A stretch of DNA of 64,000 bases from Nanobdellota archaeon (GTDB lineage: Archaea; Nanobdellota; Nanobdellia; Parvarchaeales; Parvarchaeaceae). Location: assembly GCA_021817165.1 (NCBI GenBank), contig JAKAVT010000001.1:76236-140235 (forward strand). Direction: 5' to 3'. A model generated the notes under the pieces. That model was given only the letters and a program-made list of their open reading frames with translations. It had not been told where the DNA came from and did no database searches. Shown one piece after another: positions 9,183 through 19,647 of the stretch. Numbering within the stretch: the stretch's first letter is position 1; every line of letters starts with the position of its first letter. The translations under genes were made by a program, and so were the position numbers.

Positions 9183-9563
9183 ATGTCTAAAAGCACTGCG
9201 CCTTCACTCAAGAAGAAAGGGGGAGGATTTAAGGGAAAGAGAAGAGATAAGCGGAGGAGCGAATCGAAGAACCTTTCAGTCCCATTGCAAGTGGGTGAAA
9301 GGAAGATAAAAACCTCAAGAACTGTCGGAGGGAATACTAAGATAATACCGTTAAAAACGGACCAAGGCAACCTTTTCGATGCTAAAAACAAAAAACTCTC
9401 AAAAGTAAAAATAGTTAGGGTTTTAGAGAACAAAGCCAACAGATCCTATGCAAGGCGTAATATAATCACAAAGGGCGCAATTATAGAGACTGATCAGGGA
9501 AAAGCAGTAGTGACGAATAGGCCTGGCCAAGACGGGCAAGTAACGCTAAAAAAACTTGATTGA
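9183..9563 (+). CDS. rps8e: Ribosomal protein eS8
   Basis: RTVGGNTK, RRNIITKGAIIET..GKAVVTNRPGQDG. Confidence 0.95.
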   Translation: MSKSTAPSLKKKGGGFKGKRRDKRRSESKNLSVPLQVGERKIKTSRTVGGNTKIIPLKTDQGNLFDAKNKKLSKVKIVRVLENKANRSYARRNIITKGAIIETDQGKAVVTNRPGQDGQVTLKKLD

Positions 9564-9577
9564 TCATAGGATCATTA

Positions 9578-11866
9578 ATGGAAATTAACCTAAGAAAATT
9601 CAGCGATATAATCGACAAACACCATAAAAAGATAATAATCCTCTGGATTGCGATTTTCTTGATTTCAATACCGTTAGCTATACATCTTTTTAGCATAGTT
9701 TCATATAATATAACCGGAAGTTCGGATAACTCAACAAGCAGCGGTAATAACCTGCAGCTAATCGTCAGTGTAAGTGGCAATGCATTCTCAAACAATACAA
9801 AGACTTTCTTTGAAAATATCTCAAATGATTTCGTTTATAAGAACATTACTTCATTATACTCAATAGAATATACTTTGCTTAATTCCACATACTATACTAT
9901 ACAAAAAAATGCGCAATTTGCATTAAATTCTGCATACTTAAAATATAATCTTACTCCACAAACTGTGCCGGAAAACCTAAACAATACAATAATAGCAAAT
10001 ATAGCGAACATGATAAAAAACGAATTGAATAGTTCTAGTATAACGGAGCACAATTCATCCTATGGGTTTATAATCGGAATAATAAAGGGATATTATAATT
10101 CCTCTCCATTATATGTAATAAATAACTACAACTTCACTGACTATCCGCTTGTACCAAACGTGAATGACACTCTAACGCTCATAAATTACAATCATACCAC
10201 AATGATATCAACCGTAAACAACTCAAATTATTCTTTTGTAAATTCATATATTAACAAGATTTCCAAAAATTACGGCGTTACTTCGTATGTAACCGGCTCG
10301 GGGGGATTAAGCAGCAACATAGAAAGCGAAACGAATTTCGGTACGCTCTTGGCAATTGCAATCGGTATCTTAATGGTAATAATAATAACCGGATTTATAT
10401 TCAGGTCTCCCATTGCGGCGTTTGTGCCATTGATGATATACGGAGTAGATGTTACGATTGCATTTTCAGTATTCTACATCATATATCACATTATTTTAAA
10501 AAGCACTGTGTCCTTCTTTGACCCGGCGCTTGCAGCCATACTCATGCTAGGTATATCAACTGATTATTTAGTTTATATGCTTTACAGATTCAAACAAGAA
10601 TTAAAAAAGAACCACAGGGAAAGCGTAAAGATTAGCATTAACGGTGCGGGAGCCGCAATACTTGTGAGTGGCACGACTGTAATACTAGCATACAGCATTC
10701 TTTCAGGATTTAACTTAGCATTTTTAGGTTCGACTGGAATTTTGGATTCCGTGGGGGTGCTTATAGTCCTTGTATCTGCGGTAACGTTTATGCCTGCCAT
10801 ACTCGTTTCCTTAGGGAAAAGGGTTTTCTACCCGAATTTTAAACCTGGTTTTTCCTTTGAAAAATTGTTTAGCAGGTTGGCGCATTTCAATTACAGAAAT
10901 CGCTACTTCATAATCTCTATTTTTATAATATTTATTGCGATTGCCGCATACTTCTTCGTAGTATACCAGCCTGGATTGAATTTTCTTGGCCTGTTACCGA
11001 ATTCTGGATCAAAAACCGCTTTTTATGTAGCTACAAATAATTTTAAATTTGACCCGATAGACCCGATGATTATAAACATAAACAACTCCCAGAATGTCAA
11101 TGAAACTGCAATTTATAATTCAATAACCTCTATCAGCGGAGTGAGTTATGCCGAAGTAACTCCTGGAGATAATTCTATTCAGATATTAACGTACTTAAAG
11201 CCTCTTGGATTCAGTACACAAGCGTTGAACGACTACAACAGTATAAACAATTACCTAAAAAGCAGCAATGTAAATTATAGCATTGACGGCTTGCAGGTAT
11301 TTTTAGGCAGTGCAGTTAAAACAATGAACGGTGATGTGCCTCTCCTTATATTTTCTCTGGGGGCGATGGTTTTTATCGTACTGTTTATAATACTTTTCTC
11401 AGTTTATACCCCCCTGCGCTTGGTCTTACTTATAATATCAAACGTTATAGCAGCAAACGGAGTTACTTTGTTGATATTTCATTATATATTGTCTTTTCCG
11501 TTCATATCCATTGCCCAGATATTCCTTATAACAAGCATAATGGGAGTCGGAGTAGACTATGACATATTTCTAGTTATGAGAATTAGAGAATACGTAAAGA
11601 TGGGTAAAAGCAATTTTGATGCCATAAAAATGGGGCTGGTAAAAAGCGGACCGGTAGTCGCAAGCATAGGCGTTATATTTTCCGTAGTATTCCTGTCTCT
11701 TGTCGCAAGCGGTGTTCCTATAATAGAAGAGGTAGGCTTCATAGTCGCGATTGGAATATTAATCGATTCGGTAATATCTGTATTGTTTATAGTACCATCT
11801 ATAATGTTTTTGCTGCAAAAATACAACTGGTGGCCGGGTCTCAAAAAATATGAACATAATAAATAA
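9578..11866 (+). CDS. MMPL/RND-family membrane transporter
   Basis: Two TM bundles separated by extracellular domains; GISTDY and GVGVDY Asp-Tyr motifs; start set at ATG 9578. Confidence 0.82.
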   Translation: MEINLRKFSDIIDKHHKKIIILWIAIFLISIPLAIHLFSIVSYNITGSSDNSTSSGNNLQLIVSVSGNAFSNNTKTFFENISNDFVYKNITSLYSIEYTLLNSTYYTIQKNAQFALNSAYLKYNLTPQTVPENLNNTIIANIANMIKNELNSSSITEHNSSYGFIIGIIKGYYNSSPLYVINNYNFTDYPLVPNVNDTLTLINYNHTTMISTVNNSNYSFVNSYINKISKNYGVTSYVTGSGGLSSNIESETNFGTLLAIAIGILMVIIITGFIFRSPIAAFVPLMIYGVDVTIAFSVFYIIYHIILKSTVSFFDPALAAILMLGISTDYLVYMLYRFKQELKKNHRESVKISINGAGAAILVSGTTVILAYSILSGFNLAFLGSTGILDSVGVLIVLVSAVTFMPAILVSLGKRVFYPNFKPGFSFEKLFSRLAHFNYRNRYFIISIFIIFIAIAAYFFVVYQPGLNFLGLLPNSGSKTAFYVATNNFKFDPIDPMIININNSQNVNETAIYNSITSISGVSYAEVTPGDNSIQILTYLKPLGFSTQALNDYNSINNYLKSSNVNYSIDGLQVFLGSAVKTMNGDVPLLIFSLGAMVFIVLFIILFSVYTPLRLVLLIISNVIAANGVTLLIFHYILSFPFISIAQIFLITSIMGVGVDYDIFLVMRIREYVKMGKSNFDAIKMGLVKSGPVVASIGVIFSVVFLSLVASGVPIIEEVGFIVAIGILIDSVISVLFIVPSIMFLLQKYNWWPGLKKYEHNK

Positions 11867-12614
11867 AATGATTGAAAAAATGAAGGGTGAAAGGGTAATA
11901 AAAATGGAGAAGGATGACAATAAGATACTGACTCTAACAAAGGGTCCGGATGGAATAAGCGTAAAATTCAATGGTATAACTTATTCAAGAAGAAATGAAA
12001 ACGCAATATTTACGGGTTCTTATTGGGATTATTTTACGCCACTGCCGTTATTGTATGATAAACCGAATATCCTTATGATAGGCTTGGGAGGCGGAACAAT
12101 TGTCTATCAAATAAATAAGTTATACGGCAGAAAAGTTACTATGGATGTAATAGAGATAGACGAAAAGATGGTAGATCTCGCAAAAGATTTTATACCCGAA
12201 GAAATAAAAAAAATAAATTTATTCGTAGAAGATGGCATAGATTTTCTTAAAAAAAGCCGGAAAAAATATGAACTTGTATTTTTAGATGCATATGACGGAG
12301 ACAAGATTCCAGACGAATTTCTTGATGAAAAAACGATTGAAAACATTGATAAAGTGCTTACTGAAAACGGGGTGCTGGCTATAAACTACGCTATGAGCTT
12401 TAAGGCCATAGTTTTCCTTCAGAATTACATAAACAAACTTAAAAAATATTTTAAGGTATACCTTGTGAATAATCCGCTTGGCTCGGGAAACACGATAATT
12501 CTATGCAGCAAAAAAATGGATAAAACGGAATTGCTTGAAAGGATAAATAAGATGAAACTGGAAGATGACAACATGCATGTAATAAAAGGATATAATAATA
12601 TGAGCAATGGCTAA
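11850..12614 (+). CDS. Spermidine-synthase-like SAM-dependent transferase
   Basis: ILMIGLGGGT, VIEID, VEDG, VFLDAY motifs; start uncertain. Confidence 0.7.
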   Translation: MNIINKMIEKMKGERVIKMEKDDNKILTLTKGPDGISVKFNGITYSRRNENAIFTGSYWDYFTPLPLLYDKPNILMIGLGGGTIVYQINKLYGRKVTMDVIEIDEKMVDLAKDFIPEEIKKINLFVEDGIDFLKKSRKKYELVFLDAYDGDKIPDEFLDEKTIENIDKVLTENGVLAINYAMSFKAIVFLQNYINKLKKYFKVYLVNNPLGSGNTIILCSKKMDKTELLERINKMKLEDDNMHVIKGYNNMSNG

Positions 12615-12644
12615 TATTTAATTCTACAAAACATATTAGAATAA

Positions 12645-14114
12645 ATGGAAATACAAGAGCTAAGAAATTCATTTAAAGAAGTCGATAAAAACGCGTGGGA
12701 ATCTGAAAATGTAGGGAAGGTTCCAATTAAAGTATACGCCAATAGGAATCTTTTGAAAAAGATGGAAGACGATGTTTTTAGACAGGCCGCCAACGCTGCA
12801 TCTTTACCTGGAATACTAAAATATTCTTATTTATTCAGCGATGCCCATATAGGCTATGGTGTACCCGTAGGCTGGGCTGGAGCATTTGATCTTGAAGAAG
12901 GAATAATCTCTCCGGGAGCAATCGGTTTTGACATAAACTGCGGCATGCGCCTGATAAAAACAAACCTGACTTTAGAAGAAGTCAAACCAAAAATAAAGGA
13001 ATTGGTAGATGCATTGTTTAAGATGGTGCCTGCGGGAGTCGGCTCAAATTCTCCACAGAGCCTTACAGCTTTAAAATCTTTAAGTAAATCGGAACTGAAA
13101 GAAGTAGCGGAAGAAGGAGTGGACTGGGCTTTGAGAAAAGGATACGGAACAAGAAAAGATAAAGAAAGGACTGAAGAAAAAGGCAGTTTGAAATATGCTG
13201 ATTTTTCCAAAGTAAGCGAAGATGCATTTAAGAGGGGAAAAAAGCAGCTTGGTACGCTTGGATCTGGAAACCATTACCTCGAAATTCAGGTTGTGAATAA
13301 GGATTTCAACAAAGAAATTGCAAATTCATTGGAATTGGATATGATAAAGAATCAAGTAGTTGTGATGTTCCATACTGGATCAAGGGGATTCGGTCATCAG
13401 ATAGCAAGCGATTACATAAAAAAATTCATAGATTACTCTGCCAAAAATGGGATAGATTTGAAGGACAGACAGCTAGCATACGCTCCTTTCAATTCCGAGG
13501 AAGGTCAAAACTATTTTAAAGCAATGTCTTGCGGAATAAACTTTGCCTTCGTTAACAGGCAGATAATAACACATCAGATCAGAGAAGCCTTTAAAAGCAT
13601 ATTCAAAAAAACCGAAAATGATCTTGGTTTGGAGGTCGTATACGACGTTTCGCATAACACGGCGAAAATAGAAGAATACTCCATTGAAAACAGAAAGAAG
13701 AAAGTTATAATACACAGAAAAGGAGCAACTAGGAGTTTTGGCCCTGGAAATAAAGAATTATCCGGCATACTTAAGAGGATAGGACAGCCAGTTATAGTTG
13801 GAGGAAGCATGGAAACCGGCTCTTACCTTTGTGTAGGTACTAAAAAAGCGGAGGAGGACAGTTTTGGGACTACTCTTCATGGCAGCGGAAGAACGATGAG
13901 CAGAGTAGCGGCAAGAAGCGTTATAAATCCGGATAAACTGCTTGAAAGCATGAAAACTAAAGGGATATACGTAAAAGCCAACAGCATTGTAGGCTTGACT
14001 GAGGAAGGGGGTTCTGCGTATAAAGACATAAACGAAGTAGTGGATTCTATGGACATGGCAGGGATAAGTCGTAAGGTTCTTAGTCTAAGGCCGATAGGAA
14101 ACATCAAGGGGTAA
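12645..14114 (+). CDS. rtcB: RNA-splicing ligase RtcB
   Basis: DAHIGYG, GFDINCG, GSGNHYLE, HTGSRGFGHQ, HRKGAT, HGSGR motifs. Confidence 0.96.
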   Translation: MEIQELRNSFKEVDKNAWESENVGKVPIKVYANRNLLKKMEDDVFRQAANAASLPGILKYSYLFSDAHIGYGVPVGWAGAFDLEEGIISPGAIGFDINCGMRLIKTNLTLEEVKPKIKELVDALFKMVPAGVGSNSPQSLTALKSLSKSELKEVAEEGVDWALRKGYGTRKDKERTEEKGSLKYADFSKVSEDAFKRGKKQLGTLGSGNHYLEIQVVNKDFNKEIANSLELDMIKNQVVVMFHTGSRGFGHQIASDYIKKFIDYSAKNGIDLKDRQLAYAPFNSEEGQNYFKAMSCGINFAFVNRQIITHQIREAFKSIFKKTENDLGLEVVYDVSHNTAKIEEYSIENRKKKVIIHRKGATRSFGPGNKELSGILKRIGQPVIVGGSMETGSYLCVGTKKAEEDSFGTTLHGSGRTMSRVAARSVINPDKLLESMKTKGIYVKANSIVGLTEEGGSAYKDINEVVDSMDMAGISRKVLSLRPIGNIKG

Positions 14115-14536
14115 TGGAAAGATACAGGTTATTAAAGAATGAGGCTACCGCTGACATTGCATTTATAGCGTACGGGAAAAATTTGGCAGAACTTTTCAGA
14201 AACATAACGATAGCTGTATCCAACATAATGATATTAAATGTAAAGAAAGGGGGAAATAAGAAAATAACTTTTGTAATGCACGATAAAAGCTTGGATTATC
14301 TAGTAATAGACTTTATAAATAAGATTGTCTTTTACAAAGACTACAAAAACATAATAATTACTGACGCAAGGATAAAGATAGATAAAAACTTTAACCTCCA
14401 CTGTTCTGCCGTAGGAGAAAACGTCAGAAATTTAAAAGACAATTTTTTAGTGGATGTAAAGGCAGCTACTTTACATGATTTTAAGATAAAAAAGGAAAAA
14501 GGATTAATTAAATGCAAGATAGTCTTAGATGTATGA
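14114..14536 (+). CDS. Archease
   Basis: TADIAF..YG, VKAATLH and terminal VLDV; coupled to rtcB. Confidence 0.88.
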   Translation: MERYRLLKNEATADIAFIAYGKNLAELFRNITIAVSNIMILNVKKGGNKKITFVMHDKSLDYLVIDFINKIVFYKDYKNIIITDARIKIDKNFNLHCSAVGENVRNLKDNFLVDVKAATLHDFKIKKEKGLIKCKIVLDV

Positions 14537-15633
14537 AAAAGATACTGTCTGTTCATTACGATGAAATAGCGTTAAAAGGAAAGCAAAGAGGTTATTTTCA
14601 GGGCCTTCTCATAAAAAACATAAAAGAAAAGATAAATAAACAAATCAAAGCAGTTGAAAGCAGACTTGTTTTGGATGATTACAGCTTAGATGACATAAAC
14701 AAGTTGAAATTAACGCCGGGGATAGCATGGGTAAGCGAAGCTTACCGCATTGACAGGGATGAAAAGGAGCTATCTAAATTAATTGACGAAATAATAGGAG
14801 AAAACAAGAACGTAAACATTGACGTTAAACGTGTTGATAAAGGATACGAGAAAACCTCTTTAAAATTAAAAGAAGAGCTTGCAAAAAGTTTAAAGCTAAA
14901 GTTTGACAAGAACGGTAAAAAAATAAAGGTAGAAATAATGGGTGATTCATTCATAGTAAATTACGGTATAGAAAGGGGAATGGGGGGTTTGCCTGTAGGA
15001 AGTTCTGGAAAGCTTCTGTCATTGTTCTCGGGAGGGATAGACTCAGCTATAGCGCCATTAGAAATGATGAAGAGGGGAGCAAAAGTCGATTTATTGCATG
15101 TTTATGCATTGAACTCACCTGATTTTGCACTTCAGAGCAAGATAAAAACCATAGCGGAGAAATTAAGCGGAATAGAATCAGGCTTGACTCTCTATCTTGT
15201 GCCTTTTCACTATTTCAGCGTTGCCGCATTAAAAATAAATAAACGGTACGAGCTTGTACTTTTCAAAAGATTTCTGTTACGATTAGCAGAGGAAATAAGC
15301 AAGGATAAAGGATACATGGCAATAATAACGGGAGACGCGCTGTCTCAAGTAGCTTCTCAGACAATAGAGAATATAAATGCAATAAGCTTTGACATACAAT
15401 TACCTGTTTTCAGGCCATTTATAGGCTATAACAAAGGAGAGATAATAGAGAAATCAATAAGGTACGGCTTTTATGACCTATCCATAGAAGAATACAAGGA
15501 CTGCTGCTCCATAGTATCAAACAACCCTGCTACCAAGTCCACACCAGAAACCATCAAAAAACTGGCAGGTGATATAGAAATGGAAAAAATAATAAAAGAC
15601 AGCATTAGGGATATGAAAACTGTCAAATTTTAG
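14533..15633 (+). CDS. thiI: tRNA 4-thiouridine synthase ThiI (no rhodanese domain)
   Basis: HYDEIALKG, GGLPVGSSGK, LFSGGIDS PP-loop, SQVASQT, DCC; ATGA overlap with archease. Confidence 0.92.
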   Translation: MKKILSVHYDEIALKGKQRGYFQGLLIKNIKEKINKQIKAVESRLVLDDYSLDDINKLKLTPGIAWVSEAYRIDRDEKELSKLIDEIIGENKNVNIDVKRVDKGYEKTSLKLKEELAKSLKLKFDKNGKKIKVEIMGDSFIVNYGIERGMGGLPVGSSGKLLSLFSGGIDSAIAPLEMMKRGAKVDLLHVYALNSPDFALQSKIKTIAEKLSGIESGLTLYLVPFHYFSVAALKINKRYELVLFKRFLLRLAEEISKDKGYMAIITGDALSQVASQTIENINAISFDIQLPVFRPFIGYNKGEIIEKSIRYGFYDLSIEEYKDCCSIVSNNPATKSTPETIKKLAGDIEMEKIIKDSIRDMKTVKF

Positions 15634-16447
15634 AACGTATTGCATTCAGCCTAGAATAATCAAATATAAACATTTGAGCATACCCAGCATACCTTCCAAA
15701 ATAATCGGTCATTGACTTTCTTTTATCCTTATAGCTCTTTGACTTTCCTAAGATACTACCGTAATAGAGTGACAAAGTCCTTAAAATCCATACATCCATA
15801 GGAAAAGCAGAAAGATTATGCATACCATAAAGAAGTATGCAGTCCAGTACCTTCTCTCCTATGCCGTTTATATTAATTAAAGCGTTCCTGATTTCTTCTT
15901 CTGTAAAACCTTCATTTATCTCATTTTTGTAAAAGTACTCTGCTGCTGAAAATACGAATTTAGTTCTAAAACCAAGATTAAACTGCTTTAGTTTATCATA
16001 CCCCTTTTCGTATATCTTTTCAAATGAGGGAAAACTTTTTAATGCCTTGCCGTTTATTTCTCCTTCTACACCGTAATAATTAGACATTGTCTTTATCCTT
16101 CTTAGAATAAGATTTATGTTAGACTGAATTGACAGGATAAAACCCAAAGTTGCAGGCCATATCCCGCTTTTTACTACGCGCAAAGAACCCGAGTACCTTA
16201 TTGCCTTGTCAATGAAATCGTCTTTATCAATTTCTGCTTTTATCTCGTTTATTTTGTCATTTAACCCAAATAACTCCTTCGCAGACTCCTTGTCTATTCC
16301 ATAGCACTCCAAGGAGTCTCCAATCTGTCTAAATGCACTTGGTTTATCCACAAAAGAATACCAATAATCGCCTTCTTTAAAAAATGAGAATATCTGACCA
16401 GAATTTAAGGTCCTATCCAATGAGAAGTCTTTTACTTTGGTTATCAT
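15623..16447 (-). CDS. 8-oxoguanine DNA glycosylase (OGG1-like HhH-GPD)
   Basis: TLNSGQIF N-terminus, LGFR.K, INGIGEKVLDCILLY, FPMDVWI. Confidence 0.82.
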   Translation of the reverse strand: MITKVKDFSLDRTLNSGQIFSFFKEGDYWYSFVDKPSAFRQIGDSLECYGIDKESAKELFGLNDKINEIKAEIDKDDFIDKAIRYSGSLRVVKSGIWPATLGFILSIQSNINLILRRIKTMSNYYGVEGEINGKALKSFPSFEKIYEKGYDKLKQFNLGFRTKFVFSAAEYFYKNEINEGFTEEEIRNALININGIGEKVLDCILLYGMHNLSAFPMDVWILRTLSLYYGSILGKSKSYKDKRKSMTDYFGRYAGYAQMFIFDYSRLNAIRSKI

Positions 16448-16508
16448 AATTATTATAATTAAAAATATACATACTTATATTTAAAATAAGCATTATAGTT
16501 AAATTAAT

Positions 16509-16602
16509 GCTGGGTTGGCTGAGCGGTCAAAGCGCCGGTCTTGAAAAGATCAAGCAAACCGGTTTCCGTAAGGATTCGTAGGTTCGAATCCTGCACCCAG
16601 CG
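16509..16602 (+). tRNA. tRNA-Ser(TGA) with 11-nt intron at 37/38 (intron 16546-16556)
   Basis: Acceptor GCTGGGT/ACCCAGC-G, anticodon stem CCGGT/ACCGG, long variable arm, T-arm GTAGG-TTCGAAT-CCTGC; helix CTTG/CAAG with CAA bulge. Confidence 0.93.
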
Positions 16603-16612
16603 TTTTTATTTT
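16603..16612 (+). terminator. Oligo-T terminator after tRNA-Ser
   Basis: TTTTTATTTT directly after the discriminator base. Confidence 0.45.
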
Positions 16613-16674
16613 GTCATTTTGGTGATAACTTTGCAGTAATGATGTTTTATTCCTGCTAATATATCTACTCAAAA

Positions 16675-16992
16675 CTACGCTTTGAAGTGAAAAATCGACG
16701 ATCTGTCAAGTTTATCTTTGTTAAATTTAACGCCGTCTTCTATCAATTTTCTCTTTTTAACCGTTAAGGTCGCAGAATCGTTCCTGTTTTTTATTGTGTA
16801 ACCGCCGAGAGCACCATCGGACCTTACAACTTTATAGCATGGAAACTTCTCAGGATGTTCGTTTCTGCTTAGGATCTTTCCGACTTCCCTAGGAGACATT
16901 CTCAGTTTTTCAGCTATGCCTCCATATGTAGCTGCTTTTCCCTTTGGTATCTTTTTTAATAACAAGTAAACCCTCTTTTCCTTATTTTTCAT
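16675..16992 (-). CDS. Minimal O6-methylguanine-DNA methyltransferase-family protein
   Basis: IPKGK..TYG.IA, PREVG, PCYKVV (PCHRV-like); only the C-terminal domain is present. Confidence 0.8.
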   Translation of the reverse strand: MKNKEKRVYLLLKKIPKGKAATYGGIAEKLRMSPREVGKILSRNEHPEKFPCYKVVRSDGALGGYTIKNRNDSATLTVKKRKLIEDGVKFNKDKLDRSSIFHFKA

Positions 16993-17680
16993 CTTTCCAC
17001 CCTATTTCTTCAAGTATGTCCTTTGCTTCTTTAATGTTTCTATATTTCAACGATAAAAACCAGTTATTTATGTTGTTTATGTCCCTAAGGAGAAAATTTA
17101 GCGTAAACGCCGAAAGTTTTAATGCCTGCGAAAAATCTATTATAACTGGTTCTCCGTTGTAATTTAATATATTGTAAGGGCTGAGATCTCCGTGTATCAT
17201 CCCGTTTTTTGCCATATCAACTATAAATTTTGTTATAAGTTTGTACCATTTCTCCGCGTCAAAATCGCTGTCTTTTATAGCCTGCTTAGCTATATTGCCC
17301 TCACTGCCTATAAACTGCATTACTATTATATTTTCATAACAGCGTATTGGCTCAGGTGCATTTACTCCCAGATTATAGGCTTTTGAAAGAAAGTTATATT
17401 CAAATCTTGTCCAGTCGTTTATCTGTTTTATAAATCCCCCACTCTTCCTTCCCCTCAGCCTTATGTAAGAAGGAATGCTCTTGAAAGCCTCGATATTATG
17501 CCTGTGTATCTTAACCGCAACCAGCCTATCATGAAAGTCCCTGCTATAAAAAACGTAGGATTCCTTGCCTGTTCCTATTGGACCAAGAAGATTACTTATG
17601 TAGCCATCGCCTTGAAGCTTGTTAACGTTTATTAACGTTTCCTCGTCGAACACGTGGGAGAAGACCTTACTTTTGGTCAT
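16982..17680 (-). CDS. RIO1-family Ser/Thr kinase
   Basis: [32 protein letters not shown]. Confidence 0.9.
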   Translation of the reverse strand: MTKSKVFSHVFDEETLINVNKLQGDGYISNLLGPIGTGKESYVFYSRDFHDRLVAVKIHRHNIEAFKSIPSYIRLRGRKSGGFIKQINDWTRFEYNFLSKAYNLGVNAPEPIRCYENIIVMQFIGSEGNIAKQAIKDSDFDAEKWYKLITKFIVDMAKNGMIHGDLSPYNILNYNGEPVIIDFSQALKLSAFTLNFLLRDINNINNWFLSLKYRNIKEAKDILEEIGWKDEK

Positions 17681-19598
17681 ATTTTATTTTCAACGACTTC
17701 TTTATTGTGTTCAGTAATTTTGACTTCTGGCTATTGTCAGCCATCGAATATTCTATTACGTCTATTATCGATTTTGCAGGTATTATTTTTATGATCTTTG
17801 GATCGGACAAGACCAAATCATCTGTATTGGACGCGGGTATTATTACCTCTTTGATTCCTGCGTTTATGGCCGCTTCCACTTTTGCAGATACTCCTCCAAC
17901 CGGCAGAACTTCTCCCCATATCGACAGGGAGCCTGTCATCGCTATAGACTGCTTAATCGGTATGTTCGTGAGCGCAGACAGTATGCTTATCGCCACGCTT
18001 ACGCTTGCGCTGTCTCCTTCCACTCCTGAGTAAGCCTGCAGGAACTGGATGTGTATGTCATAATCTGTCAATGGTTTCTTGGCATACAATTTGACTATGG
18101 CAGAAACGTTCTTCACGGCCTCTTGCGCTATTTCACCAAGTTTACCTGTAGCAATTATTTCACCCGCCCCTTTCCTCATGCTTTTAGTAACTATCGCTTC
18201 TATAGGCAGCATTAAACCAGAATCTGAATTTTCTATAACTGCTAAACCGTTTACCCTGCCCACTCTAGATCCTTTGACTTGTATAACGTCATAGTCCTTC
18301 TTTTCCTTTATGTATCTGGCGGCAATTTGCTGCTCAAATGAACCAGCATAGCTCTTTGATTTCAGAACGTCGTCTCTAGTCACGATGGAATGTTTGTTTT
18401 CTACGGCAATATCTCCTGCGACCCTTATCACTCCTCCCAATTCCCTTAGCTTTAAAGTTAATGATTCTTTTCTGTTTGATTTTCTTCTTGCTTCATTCAG
18501 TATTTCAACTACGGCATCCTTTGAAAAAGGAGGTATCTTCTTGTCCTTGCTTATTTCCTGTGCCACAAATCTGGCTATTTTATCCCTGTTTTCCAGCGTA
18601 TCAGGCATCGTTTCATTCATGTAGATCTCGTAACCATAACCACGTATTCTGGATCTTAAAGCTGGGCTCATCTCGCTTAAGGTATTCGGATTACCCGCTC
18701 CGACAAGTATGAAATCACATGGAACTGGATTGGTCTTTACCATTGCGCCCGCACTTCTTTCGCTCCTGCCTGTTATGCTTGATTTCTTTTCCTGCATTGC
18801 GGTGAGCAGCTGTATCTGCGTTTCAGGGGAAAGATTTGCTATTTCGTCTATGAAAAGGACTCCCCCGTTTGCTTTGTGTATGTCTCCAAGAACCACTCTT
18901 TCATGAGCAGGCGTGCCCAACCCACCGGATTGAAAGGGGTCATGCTGAACATCACCCAACAATGCGCCTTCCTTTGCGCCTGTCGCATCTATAAATGGCG
19001 CATACTTTGCACCGGAATTATCAAGAAGAAGCTTTGGGGCTGGAACGGAAGATCTTAAAGACGTCCTGCCTAACCTGTACATTAATAGAACGAAAAGAAA
19101 TCCTATAAGCATGGTTATTATGAACAATGTGCCGGAGATTTGATTTGCGGCTGCAAGTATGGGATTTTTTTGGCTTGAAACAAGTATGCTTACTACATAA
19201 GTAGCTATGAAAAAAGCCACTATGAAAGCAAGGAATATTATCATGTTGTTACCACCGCCTAAAGCAGACATGTTCCTAGCCTTTGCTTGGTTTACTATTC
19301 GTTTGCCTTCTCCAGCAGGAACCGTCTTCACTGTTGGTTCATTTTCATCCTTTGGATTTGGGAAAGCAAGCATGTCTACCAATTTCTCGGCTGGCAAAAG
19401 TTGCGACAGCGCCTGCCCCAACATACTTTTACCGGTACCAGGTGCGCCTACCAACAACACGTTTCTTCTCTGAATTGCAGCTTTCTTTATTATTTCAACT
19501 GCGGGTTCCTGACCTATCACTTGATCAACTATTTTGGGAGGTATCTTTATGTCATCTGTGGTCTTAAAAGAGATACTGAAGTTATTATCCATAAACAA
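17667..19598 (-). CDS. lonB: Membrane-anchored Lon protease (LonB)
   Basis: GAPGTGKS, two TM helices inserted in the AAA+ domain, LFIDE, GDSAS catalytic Ser and KVEAA Lys. Confidence 0.95.
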   Translation of the reverse strand: MFMDNNFSISFKTTDDIKIPPKIVDQVIGQEPAVEIIKKAAIQRRNVLLVGAPGTGKSMLGQALSQLLPAEKLVDMLAFPNPKDENEPTVKTVPAGEGKRIVNQAKARNMSALGGGNNMIIFLAFIVAFFIATYVVSILVSSQKNPILAAANQISGTLFIITMLIGFLFVLLMYRLGRTSLRSSVPAPKLLLDNSGAKYAPFIDATGAKEGALLGDVQHDPFQSGGLGTPAHERVVLGDIHKANGGVLFIDEIANLSPETQIQLLTAMQEKKSSITGRSERSAGAMVKTNPVPCDFILVGAGNPNTLSEMSPALRSRIRGYGYEIYMNETMPDTLENRDKIARFVAQEISKDKKIPPFSKDAVVEILNEARRKSNRKESLTLKLRELGGVIRVAGDIAVENKHSIVTRDDVLKSKSYAGSFEQQIAARYIKEKKDYDVIQVKGSRVGRVNGLAVIENSDSGLMLPIEAIVTKSMRKGAGEIIATGKLGEIAQEAVKNVSAIVKLYAKKPLTDYDIHIQFLQAYSGVEGDSASVSVAISILSALTNIPIKQSIAMTGSLSIWGEVLPVGGVSAKVEAAINAGIKEVIIPASNTDDLVLSDPKIIKIIPAKSIIDVIEYSMADNSQKSKLLNTIKKSLKIKYDQK

Positions 19599-19647
19599 TA
19601 TTAGTTCCTGTTAAAACTTAAAGTTAAGCTTTTCCGGATTTAAAAGC

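Noticed and set aside
12645-19598. Possible inteins in RtcB or LonB, both common intein hosts
   Set aside because: Both are normal length with contiguous motifs and show no splice-junction or LAGLIDADG signatures.
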